From: Podarcis melisellensis
Lineage: Eukaryota
DNA length: 64,000 nt
NCBI GenBank assembly: GCA_964234715.1
Contig: OZ174280.1
Reading direction: 5' to 3' (one strand)
The notes beneath the pieces were generated by a model. It was not told the DNA's origin and searched no databases. It was given only the letters and a program-made list of their open reading frames with translations. Shown in pieces: positions 12,396-23,216 of this stretch; position 1 is the first letter of the stretch; each line of letters starts with the position of its first letter. Position numbers and translations under genes: made by a program.

Positions 12396-14856
12396 TGGTC
12401 GTTGCTGGTTTTACAATTGCCTTTTAGCAGATGGAGCTTTTCTTATCACGTATCTTCATCTCAGGAGACATTGCTGATAAATGTCTGCATGCCAGGCTGC
12501 TGTTAAAACTTTAGGAGCCGTGGCAGGGTGGAGTTGCTGGTATACCTCTAGCCATAGTGAGAAGAAGGCAGAAGAGGATGTTAAATTCAAGGTGTGAAGA
12601 GAGAGAAGACTTCAGTTACGTTTCCCATTTGGCGAGGGATTGGTTACAGGAGACAGAATGTATTTAGAATCGAATAGGTTCCTTCCTCGTTCTAATGGGG
12701 AAATGACCAAACTGGTTTGTAATGAATTCTTGTAAATAGAAGAGCAGGAGAAACTCCTGAAGAGAAAACCTCTATGCCAGGTTTTACACCAAAAAACACC
12801 ATAACATTATAGAATCACTCAAAGGGAGGGTTAAGCGCAGAAAATCGCCACTCACTTGCACTTAACTGTAGTATCACAAATGCAGCGCCATAATCATGGG
12901 ACACAGGGGTGTCTGAACAGCACTTGGATTGCATAGTAATAATAATAATATAGTACTTCCAAAAATTGCCTGAATAGTGAGAAATACACTACAATCTACA
13001 AAGCCAAGTTATACAAATGGGTGCTTTACGATGGGTGTTCCATCTCTTTTGTTACTGCCAGAGAATAACTATGGTTCCTTTTGGGATGAAAGGTTCTATA
13101 TAAAAGGAAGGTGTTATTACAATCATTACTACTATTATTGAAATGCAAAACTTGTGTGTAATAAGCAAGTATATATAAAATTTCACAGTCAGCCTATAAA
13201 GGTAACCTATTAATGCAGCTCAAATGTAGCATTTCCCCCTCCAATTGCCACAATAATGGTGAAATGATCCACCCACAAGTGTCTTATAAAAGCTATACAC
13301 ACCTCAAAAGGAGTATAATTCATGCTCAAACTATCACGCAATCAATGATAAAACCCTGAAAAGCACACATTCCTGGAGGGTGAGCAGAGGGCAAAATGAT
13401 GGGTCCCTGTGACCTGCCTGGAAGATCTAGTGCTTGAGGTTTGAGATTTACAGTGAAATCTATCTTCCCCTGAGAAGGTGTAAAGACAGATTAAAAAGAT
13501 AGACATGATTTTGATATTCCTAGGCTCATAATTATTTATGTTTGCACTGATCCTTGTTAGGCTCTGCCAACATTCCTTCTGAACATAAGGACTCAAAGGC
13601 TGCAATCAATAAATCTCTTAATCCCATAGAGAAATCATTGAATTTACTCAGGAGAATTGCCTTATGCAGTGATTGACACTGATCCTAAAAACATTACAGC
13701 TGTATCACAGCATGGAATGGCAGGTTCTGTACTTACTACAGTTTCCTGCTGTGGTCATTCTGGCTACACTGCCTGTAACATACCATAGCAATGTAACAGA
13801 TGACTACTAATATAGGCACAAAGATGGATCCTGTATAGATGGCTCCATATTGTCCAAAATGACAGATGAGCCATCCTCAACCCTTTTACTCCCCCACCTC
13901 ATCATCACAAAACCCTTCACAAGGACAAAATGCTGCAGCCCAACATGCACCAAGTAGATGCCCTTCTCTAAGAACAACTTGGCTTAACCATGAAGTAAAG
14001 CCTGTTGAGCTGTCAACTTGATTGACTTGGGTGCAGTCTATACATACGGCAGAATGACGGGGTAAAATGGACAGAAACTATTCAGATGGGAGGTAGGGTG
14101 GGGACGCATTTTAAGATTCTCCCTTGCGTTGAAAGCTCACTGCATGTAGAAAACTATGGATTAGGGAAAGTTGTACTTATTTATGGGGGGGGGGGAAACC
14201 CTTGCATTCTGCTTTCCCCTTTGGAAATGGAGTTGCTCAAAGATGTTAACAAGGTGTAAACAGCCATAAAAATAACAACAACAGTAAAATAACATGTTAT
14301 TAAAACAAATACCAAAACCAACTAGGTCTAAACACAGCGTCATGAAACAGGGAGGCATGGAGAGCCAGAGCTAACAATAAATAAACAAGAATTAAGCAAC
14401 AGCAGAACCAAAGAATCGTGGTGTGGTTGTTTCTCTAAAAATAGGCATAAAATGCCAACAGAACACAAACAGAGAGGAAGATAACCTAATCTCTTGCGGC
14501 AGGGAGTTCCATATGTGGCAGGCTGCCACAGGAAAAGCCCCCTTGAATGTGCCTCAAAAGGCAGTGCTCCATGTAGTACATGTCATTTTTTTACTTGCAG
14601 GAAGTTTCTGAAATGGTACTACCCAGAATCCCGTCACCCCAGTCTACCACCTCATCTCGCTGCATGAGTAGCCCCGTCTTTACTTCAGAGCGAGGGAGGG
14701 GGGCAGAATTCCACATATTGATTAGGACTAACAAGCCAAATCTTTGACTGCAGGCCTCTAGTTATTAAAGTACAAAGCTAAGCACTCAGCTGGCCTAGAA
14801 GATGACATGATTCCTACGTCAAGCTGTTAATCTATAGAACAAAGGCCGCTATTTAC

Positions 14857-14944
14857 CTTTATTAAAACTTCAAAGTACCCTTCAGCATTCACAGGAGTAA
14901 TTGGAGTATAGGCTCTCTGAACCTCCAAACCATTCACTAGTCCT
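14857..14944 (-). CDS. CYB5RL: CYB5RL coding exon 3
   Basis: cctcag|(R)GLVNGLEVQRAYTPITPVNAEGYFEVLIK|gtaaat; RxYTP flavin-binding motif; 88 nt. Confidence 0.95.
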
Positions 14945-16152
14945 CTGAGGAAGGAAAAAAGAGAGAAAGAAAGAAAGATAGAGGAAGGGAACCCTGATCT
15001 GAATCCCTTACAATTCCTGTCAGCAAAGTACTGCTCTCTCAGCAAAGGCTGCTGCCTGAAAAGCACTGCAGGTATCCTTCCTCCTTCCCCATGGGCTGTC
15101 CTTTGCCAAGCCAGACAATAGATCATTCCCTCCCATTTTGCAGTGAAATCACAGAGATTCAAGGCATTGAAATAACCTCAGATTTCTCTGTCACACACCT
15201 CCCTTAACAATCTTTCCCTTTCCTGGGGCCAGATGAGCTACATGGCCAGCCTAGCTGTTTTGTGCAATATAGCTATGTTACTCACAAAGTAAGGGAATTA
15301 TAGAACTATACTAAGCGGGGATTATAAATGGTCTTGGACAGATAGTGAATACATGGAAATAATATTAACAAACAACATCCCACACTCATAAAATTTTGAA
15401 TTTGGGAATGCTCCCAACTAAATGTGCAGAAAGAATAACTGAAAGTCATGCAAAATCAGACCTATCTCACAAATGTTGCACAGAGGTCAATGATACTACT
15501 CCTAGGCTTAATCCATTTGTATTCCTACATGTGTTGGAAGGAGCCCAGAATGAACCATGCTCCTGTCATGGTGCTGGCAACCTCACCCAGTTTATAGAAA
15601 CTGAATCACAGTCATCTTAAAAGTCCAAAAATGACTTGGGAAGCAATGTACCTCCTGGCTTCCACTGCCAATCAATTGCACATCAACAACAGACAACGTT
15701 TCAACTCAGAATAGTCAATTCTTTTATCCTTAATGAAGTTTTGTGAGGCATCTAGCTGTTACAGTGATGGGGAGGATATATAGTGAACTCTAACAGTTGC
15801 CAACAGCAGCTTTATTAATCTGTTTTCAGTGGGAATCAGGCATCTTGGTTAGATGCTCAGTGTGATATTATGGTCCTCCAACAAAGGGGAGGGGGGAAGT
15901 CCAGGAGATTCTTTGGAATCTTGTTTTTATGTTGTAGGTTGGATACGTGATTGTATAATTTTAATCTGAAAAGCCAAATAAACAATTTTTTAAAAAGAAA
16001 GATATTATGGTCAGGGTGTTGGTGTTGGACCACAGAATCTAGAGACTGCACCATCACTCAGTTATAAGGTTCACTTGGGCAACTTTGATCAGTCACTCTA
16101 ACTTATTTCACAGAGTTACTGGGAGGGCAAAATGTTCCCACATACCTTAGAG

Positions 16153-16288
16153 CAGGCATGGCCAAACTCGGCCCTCCAAATGTTTTGGGACTACAACTCC
16201 CATCATCCCTAGCTAACAGGACCAGTGGTCAGGGATGATGGGAATTGTAGTCCCAAAACAACTGGGGAGCCGAGTTTGGCCATGCCTA
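16153..16288. mobile_element. hAT-type palindromic MITE inside an old SINE
   Basis: TIRs caggcatggccaaactcggc / gccgagtttggccatgcct; internal inverted repeats; 8-bp TSD ccttagag / tcttagag; degenerate relatives near 26280, 28605, 30750, 54170. Confidence 0.85.
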
Positions 16289-16723
16289 TCTTAGAGGAAG
16301 GGTGGGATACAAAGGTAACTCATAACATAAATAATATGAAAGGTGGCTCTGTACTGCAATGGGCATAGCTTCCTCAGGGGGGAAAGTTAATATACTGTCC
16401 CTATGTGTTGGTACGTGACGATCATTCCAATACACATTTGCTTTTCACCCTTTCCGTTTCTGCAAATTGGCTTTCTTACCCACACTTAATTTTTCTGCCT
16501 CCAATACAAATAAAATGGAAGGAAAAGCAAGTGTAGGGTGGCATATACCATAAAATTAACAAGGTTAATAAGCTCAGTGAGCTCACAAGTTCTTTCAACA
16601 GAGCCAATCTGGGAGCACAGAAATTATGATTTACTTGGCATGAAATCTTTGTAGCTCAACAACAACAAAAAGCAAGTTAAATCACATACTGAGGCCTGTT
16701 TAACTAGAGACTTGGTACAGTAC

Positions 16724-16872
16724 CTTAGCACAATATGTTGTCCCAAACTCAACCCTAGGCTGCTATTTCCAGGCAATTCAAATTTATACTGGTAAGTGTC
16801 CTCTGTCAGCTGATCCACAGAGCTTATGATGAAAGCTGTAAACGTTTCTGGAGTTAGTTCTGAATTACTACA
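16724..16872 (-). CDS. CYB5RL: CYB5RL coding exon 2
   Basis: ttttgcag|CSNSELTPETFTAF...LGQHIVL(R)|gtactg; 149 nt, ends phase 2; start of FAD-binding domain. Confidence 0.93.
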
Positions 16873-18370
16873 CTGCAAAAGCAACAATAAATAATTACAA
16901 GGTTAAGCAATGCCACCCCCTTTTCTTTTCTTAAAAAAAATGTGAGTGAATTCTGCCATGGTGAAACATGTTACTGCAAAACATACACACCCTGCCACAC
17001 ACACAAATTTTAAAGACTGAATACATCTGGTCTCAATAAAGTGTTAATTCAGTAAGTAATTATTTTTGAAGCCCCATTTTAATCTGCTTGCCTTTTTTAC
17101 AATTATGACCATAACAATATGCTGATAATGATTTTAGAAGGTGAGAAACTAAAGGTATGTCCACACAGAAATAGTAATAGCACTCCCAAAAGATGATGGA
17201 AGGCCATCTAGGAGGTAATTTTCTACCTATCTCAAGGAACGGATGGGCATTCCTCCTTAGTTTGCAGTCTCTCTCAAAAGCAATTTCTTATTTTTCTCTA
17301 GACCTCCCACTAGGGCTGCCGTCTTTCTTCCTTTGCAAAACTCCAGCGCTTTTAACAGTTCCATGTCTGCAAGAATTACATGAGCGAAGCTTCACACAGT
17401 ACAAAGATCCAGTGAAGAGAATAGCTTATTCGGGCCTCCAGGCAATCTTTAGAAGCAAATTTTGCATTACCAATTTGTTCAAGACACGTTTTATCTTTTT
17501 CAGGGCACGTGAGCCATTCATTCTGTGGCCCCTGAATTTGATTGAAGTCTCAAGACTTCAGATTTGGAATAAGTAATAATAAAGGAAAGCACCTCTGAGC
17601 ATGTGCCTAAGCCTTAGCCCTGGCACATCAAAATGGCTTCCAGGCCAATGGAAAGGGCTTCCAAGCAGGCTTGAACCCTAATATCTATCATTTCAAATAA
17701 AAAAAAGCATTTCTCTTTGTTTCTTCATTTCCTTGTTCTCATTTTCCCAGCATGCATTTCACAACCCTATGCGTTTTTAGGCTGAAGTAGGACCCATTGC
17801 ATTCAATGGGGCTTAGTCTCAATGGGATCGGCACCTCAGTTCCTAGCATCCTTTCTCAGGTATTACTCCAATAAGCAACATCATATTTTAAAGAGATTTG
17901 TGCTTGCCCTCAGTTGTTGGGTGCTTGAGGTGCGTTAACAGAATTGGAGAAAGCCCAGATGGCACAATGGGATAAAACTGAATTATGAGCAAGTTGTGAT
18001 GTTCATCAATATGAGAGATGCTAGAAAGGAATGTATTCTCCTGCATGAATTACTATATATTTTCTTGCATTTAAAATGTAATGATAATTAAGCTTACATA
18101 TTTTACTGCTTTTTATAGGAGCAAAAATACTTGCAAGACTTATTGGGAAGACAATATGGTAGCAAACTATAATTACAAATATTTAAAAGTGGGAAATTTG
18201 ATTATTGTTATAAAACACTTTTTCTAATAATTCTGCATTCAAGAGGCTGGCAAGAGAGAAACACGTCAAAGACATAAACTTTTTGAAACATACTCATATT
18301 AAACTTCTAATTAGATATAAAAAGGACAAAATACTGTTTTGGAAAGTAACTGCAAAGTAACCATGTCTTA

Positions 18371-18448
18371 ACCATGTCTCCTCAGAAATAAGGCCAACTT
18401 AATTCAGTGGGGCTTACTCCCAGGTGTGTGGGGTTAGGATTGCAGCCT
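18371..18448. repeat. Short (~80 bp) degenerate dispersed repeat family
   Basis: Core catg..ctcagaa..ttcagtggggcttactccc..ggattgcagcc; related copies near 6327-6399, 10645-10720, 17762-17835. Confidence 0.55.
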
Positions 18449-18557
18449 AAACAGATATACCTGAACGTACAGTAGATCAATTTGAAATCAATGGGATCTA
18501 TTTACAAGGGGGGGGTAGGACCCAGATGAAATATTAACATAATTTTAAGATTTCTAC

Positions 18558-18734
18558 TTGCTGTTTCTTCCTTGTCAGGAGGCTTCTGTCTTTTTTTGCC
18601 TTGGCCTTTTCCCACTGCTCCAGCTCTTCCTGATACGTGTCATAGACACAAGGTTTGCAGCCACTACCACAGCACTGGGATGGCAATGGCTCTTTGGGCT
18701 TGAGAGACAGCCAGTCATCTTCACTATCATCCAT
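18558..18734 (-). CDS. CYB5RL: NADH-cytochrome b5 reductase-like, coding exon 1 (start codon)
   Basis: MDDSEDDWLSLKPKEPLPSQCCGSGCKPCVYD...KKQQ; Cys-rich oxidoreductase-like N-terminal motif; acceptor tttctag ending 18738 just upstream of ATA-ATG; donor CAA|gtagaa, phase 0. Confidence 0.93.
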
Positions 18735-19489
18735 TATCTAGAAAATATAACACTCAGTTTCAAACTGCTGGATGGAGATGATCTGTCCCTACCACAACCA
18801 ACATGTATTTTAGCACATTATAGCTGAATTCCTTGCTTGGAAGCACTTCATATTTTATTGATAATGTTATTACTTGTAAACCTCTTAAGAAATTCTGTTA
18901 CAACCAAGTAGTACATAAATATTGTTAAATTTAACACTTATATCTGTTTTTAATCTATTTTTGGAATATTGTTATTTTTAAGTTTTGGTATGTTACTACA
19001 GTATTTGTTATTTTGCTTCAGGATTTTTTAATGGGAAATGATATACACAGGTAATCAACTGTAACCTTCTACAGCATCATACTTTGCTTTGGATTGATGG
19101 TGCAGGAACAGGTTTAACAGGTCATTTTTCCTCCTCCCAACTCTCTACAGAAGCAAAGGCGTCAAAGGGAATGTAAAATCTGTTGTCCCAACAGCGAAAA
19201 TGTCGAGGCTATGGATCCTGTCCCCAGTATGTTTTGGGAGCTAAACCTCTGTAAACCTGATCAGAGTTCAGTATGTCATCCTTTCGTATAATGTAGTTTA
19301 GTTGTTTTAGGAAAAACCATCTTGCTGGACTCTCTTGAAGTTACATAATCAGGGGAGGCTAACAGTTTTACATGTACACATTTACATTAAAAAATCCAAT
19401 CTGGATGCATTCACAAACTAGCTAAGAGCCATATGGGGGTTGTGCCTACAGATGTCTATGCACCTTGCCTTACATCAAAATGAGTACAG

Positions 19490-19720
19490 TAATGGCCACC
19501 AACTTTACAAACAGGTTTAGACAAACTCATGCAAGATAAGACTATTGATTGCCACTAATCATGACGGCTGTGTTCTACCTCCAGTATCATTGGCTGCATA
19601 TTTCTAAATAGCACTTGCTGGGAAACATGAGCAAGGAGTATTGTGGCACTCGTGTCCTTTCCAAAGACATTTGGCTGGCCACTGTGAGAACAGGATGCTG
19701 ACCTTCATTTCATCCAGTTA
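19490..19720 (+). mobile_element. Old CR1-type LINE 3' fragment
   Basis: ttagacaaactcatg...ggccactgtgagaacaggatgctg; related copies 24037-24190 (-), 31430-31870 (+), 60275-60510 (+). Confidence 0.6.
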
Positions 19721-20339
19721 TTAAGATCAAAATGTACAGGCCAGGAGGTTTCTGGGAGTCGTATTAAGCACCATTAACAATATATGCCAACTTCCCATAT
19801 TTTCCAGGGACAGTCTTGATAAATTACATCCTTGATCAGTTACACTCCATATTAACATTATCAGCTTTTTAAACAAAAAGGCAGGAAATGGATAGAATCA
19901 ATTAATATTTTCATTAGCACATATTCACAAGGTAAGTTGTTCTTGAGATTTCTAGTCAGAATGTTAATGTGAGGGAGGGACAAGAGCTGTTTGCAAATGA
20001 TCCCAAGTTCAGCCATTGGTATTTACAGGTAAGCTGAGAAAGTCCCTTGTTTGGAACACTGGAGAGATGCTCAGTGCAAAAAATATTGAGCTAGATGGAC
20101 CAATGGCTCTGACTTGTAAGGCAGTTTTCTATGTCCCGTTTTTCACTAAGCAATGCTGGGAGGGTTATTATTTGACCAGTCCCATTAATGTTGCAAACAT
20201 TGATGGCGGTGGCACATCAAGAAAAGGAAGTTGTGTGGTTCTGACTATAGCTTAAATTCGGGTCCACAATCCTGCCTACTTTCCTGTGTTGTGCTGCTGC
20301 CTCTGACCATGCTTGGTAGGTCAGAGGCAAAACTACCTA

Positions 20340-20912
20340 AAGGTGTGTGGCGTGGGCTGGCCTTGTATAAGGTAATGTGACCAGGAAGGGACACCCAGGT
20401 TCAAATCCCTGCTTATTCACAAAGCTCACTGGGTGATCTTGGCCCCATCACCCTCCCTGCCACCTAACTTACAGGGCTGTTGTGAGGAGACAGTGGCTGT
20501 TGTGAGCATATCATATATGCTGCCCTAGAAGAGGGATAGGGTATAAATGAAGTAAATAATGAGAAAGATATGATGCCCTGTAGTGTACATGTCTGTAGGC
20601 CTGTCATTGCCTCTCAGCCTAATTTACCTTAGAGGTTCTAGTTACAGGTAGGTAGCCGTGTTGGTCTGCCATAGTCAAAACAAAATAAACAAAATCCTTC
20701 CAGTAGCACCTTAGAGACCAACTAAGTTTGTTATTGGTATGAGCTTTCGTGTGCATGCACACTTCTGAAGAACTTAGTTGGTCTCTAAGGTGCTACTGGA
20801 AGGACTTTTTAAAATTTTCTTACCTAGAGGGTTGTTGTGGGGATTAAATGAGTAGAACTGTGTATGCCGCCTTGAGATACTTTTGGGGGGGGGATATAAA
20901 CGCTATAAATAA
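20340..20912 (+). mobile_element. Two old tRNA-derived SINE copies (Squam3-like); the second is split by a Penelope element
   Basis: B box caggttcaaatccc, ctcactgggtgatcttgg, ctctcagcctaa...gggttgttgtg..., ataaataa tails. Confidence 0.6.
20636..20820. mobile_element. Penelope-like element remnant with inverted terminal repeats
   Basis: 33-bp perfect inverted repeat ccttccagtagcaccttagagaccaactaagtt (20696-20728 / 20771-20803); flanked by taccttagagg / tacctagagg. Confidence 0.75.
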
Positions 20913-21179
20913 TGACATGAGGGGCAGAAGAAACTAATCGAATTATTTGGACTTTGGCTTGTGACCAAAATCATTGGCAGCCCATGAACAAGGAGCCTCT
21001 CTCTCTCTGCAGGCTCAGCGCCCCTCGATCTCCCCCATATGGAAGCTGCTCTACACCAAGCCATGGGGGGCCACCAAGCTCAGCCCCTGATGCCACCCTC
21101 CAGCGCTTCCAGCAGCGATGCCCTACCTGGAAACGGGAAGGAGTGAACCCAAGACCTTTCGCATGCAAAACGTGAGAAC

Positions 21180-22200
21180 TGCGGCGGGGGCAGTCAAAGG
21201 TGCTTTAATCGCAGGTGGTGGTAGTTGTTGTGGGGGTTAAATGAGGACGCGGGAGAACCATGCACACCGCCCGGAGCTGGTGGGCTCCAAGTGCAACAAG
21301 CGCCGTGCAATTATGGCAATGCCCCTCCGTTGCGAAAGCGGCGTGTCCCCTGGAGAAAAGGGCAGGATTAGTCGCCACGTTGCGAGGCGGGACGCTGTTC
21401 TTCTGCCCTTGAGGGAACTGGAGGCGCTTCCACCGGCTGCGTCATGGGCAGGGAGAGCCACCGTCGGTCCCCTCAACGGCGAAGCCCCGACCCGCTTCCT
21501 TCCCACGCCGGGCCCAGACGAGCGCCGAGTTTGCGCGGTGGGGAAGCGGCCCGCTGTCCATCACAACATAGCCCCGCCCCTCTACCCGGCATGCGCTTCG
21601 GAGGCGGAAAGAAAATGGCTGCCGCCGCCAGCGGGCGGTGAGGTGTCTGCGGGGGGACTCGGCGACGTGGAGTGGAGGCAGCGATGCTGGCTGTACGGCT
21701 GCCCGCCCAGCGGGCGCAGTGCTGGGCGCTCTGCGGGCAGCGCCGCGCCAAATTCACCTACGGGCCGAAGCGTCCTCGGGAACCGCTGCCCCGCACCCCG
21801 TGGACGGTGCGCGGGCCGCCGCCGGGCGCGCCGTTGCCTTGGTACTTACGCAAAGTGCCTCCGGTGCGGGAGCAGCTTCCCGAGCTCGACGTGGTGACGT
21901 ACGAGGGGAAGCTGCACCGCGTGCCATGGCTGGCCAAGCCCCGTCACCCCAAGTGGGAGCGCGGGTGGCACGACCCCTGGCACGACGGCGGCCCCCGCCT
22001 GGAGGAGATGCCCACTTACAAGCAGCGGCCCTGCTACGTCTTCCACCAGCGGACTCGCGTGCTGGAAGGTGAGGGCTGCCTGCGGGGCCCGCGCTGACCG
22101 AGGCTGGTGGGCGGTGGGCGAGGAAGGCTGGCCAGCTTCGGGGTGTTGGGTGTCAGGATGGCTTGGACTCCTCGAGTGCAGGCGATGCAGGGGGCGGTGG
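21180..22200. promoter_or_regulatory. CpG island / bidirectional promoter shared by CYB5RL and MRPL37
   Basis: Sharp GC- and CpG-rich segment between divergent genes; GC box GCCCCGCCCC 21571-21580, NRF1-like GCATGCGC 21589-21596, ETS-like GCGGAA 21604-21609, YY1-like AAAATGGCTGCC 21612-21623. Confidence 0.85.
21684..22068 (+). CDS. MRPL37: Mitochondrial ribosomal protein L37 (mL37), coding exon 1
   Basis: MLAVRLPAQRAQ...TYEGKLHRVPWLAKPRHPKWERGWHDP...CYVFHQRTRVLE(G)|gtgagg; Arg-rich, acid-free N-terminus like a presequence; start codon choice uncertain (see findings). Confidence 0.88.
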
Positions 22201-23032
22201 AAGGAAGAGACCGGCCAGAGGTTGGTGCCTGCGAAGTGACAAGCTGAGCTTGGGTTATGCAGATCAGGCATTCGAGGAGCGCTCAATTAATGGCATGGAC
22301 ACCCAGTCCTGCAGCTTAGAAAAGGCTCTCCGAGTGGACAGTCTCAGTTTAAAAAAAGGCATACAGCAACAGCACGGGAGGGGAAAGGGAGCTTATGTAC
22401 AAGTTTTTAAAGGGGCTGTTCTTAATGGCACAGTTCTATAGCTCTGCCTTTATGGAGATTTTGGCTTCCTAGGTGACAAGCTGTCTCCTCGCTGATGTGG
22501 CACTGCTGGCTGTCTTGTTCTTGCTAAAAAGCAGGCCTTTCCCAGAAGCACTCCACATCGGAGCAGAGCAGGTGACAGTGGCCAGCCTAGGAGGCTAGCA
22601 CAGTCACATGGTTCTTCTCTCAGGCAGATGCCCCAATGTAAAATTATTTAATAAATTTGTTACTTGCTTTATCTTGCCCAGCATCATAATCGTTATTTGC
22701 AAAGAAAAGCCCAGTATTTGGGAAGCATAAATACTGTTAAAGGTGGTAGTTATAAGAAGGCGGGAACTGCAAATTAATGGACACAAACTTGTTGGGCCAC
22801 CTTGTGCCAACTTATCTATACTTGTCCAGGTTTTGTTAAGTAATTGACTGCAATGCATGCAGCATTTATAAGGTGGTCTTGGTTTTCTGCTCCATTTTGT
22901 CTCTAAGCTCCCCCGCCCCGCTCCAAATCTTAAAAAGAATGGTGGAAAAGTCCTTGTTCTTGTGTAAGAGTGATTGAAGTGCAAGGTGCAGTACTAAAGA
23001 TGCTCACTGGTAATATATTATTTTACTTGAAG

Positions 23033-23216
23033 GTGTAAAGCAAGCATTGTGGCTAACCAAGACAAAGCTGACACAAGGTTTACCTCCGCGAATACTTAGC
23101 ATAATCAATGACCCAGCTAATCAATGTGAAAACCAGGATGAGAGAGTCCAGAATGCCATTTATCATGCACGCCTCTGGGGTAGCAGTGAGGAGGATGTAC
23201 CTAGAGAAACCTATTG
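23033..23216 (+). CDS. MRPL37: MRPL37 coding exon 2
   Basis: ttgaag|(G)[17 protein letters not shown]...[17 protein letters not shown](C)|gtaagt; 184 nt; not in the ORF track. Confidence 0.95.

Noticed and set aside
21639-21641. Selenocysteine or programmed readthrough at the MRPL37 upstream TGA
   Set aside because: Context TGA-GGT is not the TGA-CTAG readthrough motif and I saw no SECIS-like element in the short 3'UTR.
21241-21897. 218-aa ORF and other overlapping ORFs in the CpG island
   Set aside because: Expected by chance in GC-rich, stop-poor sequence; no recognisable homology; only the MRPL37 frame splices into a known protein.
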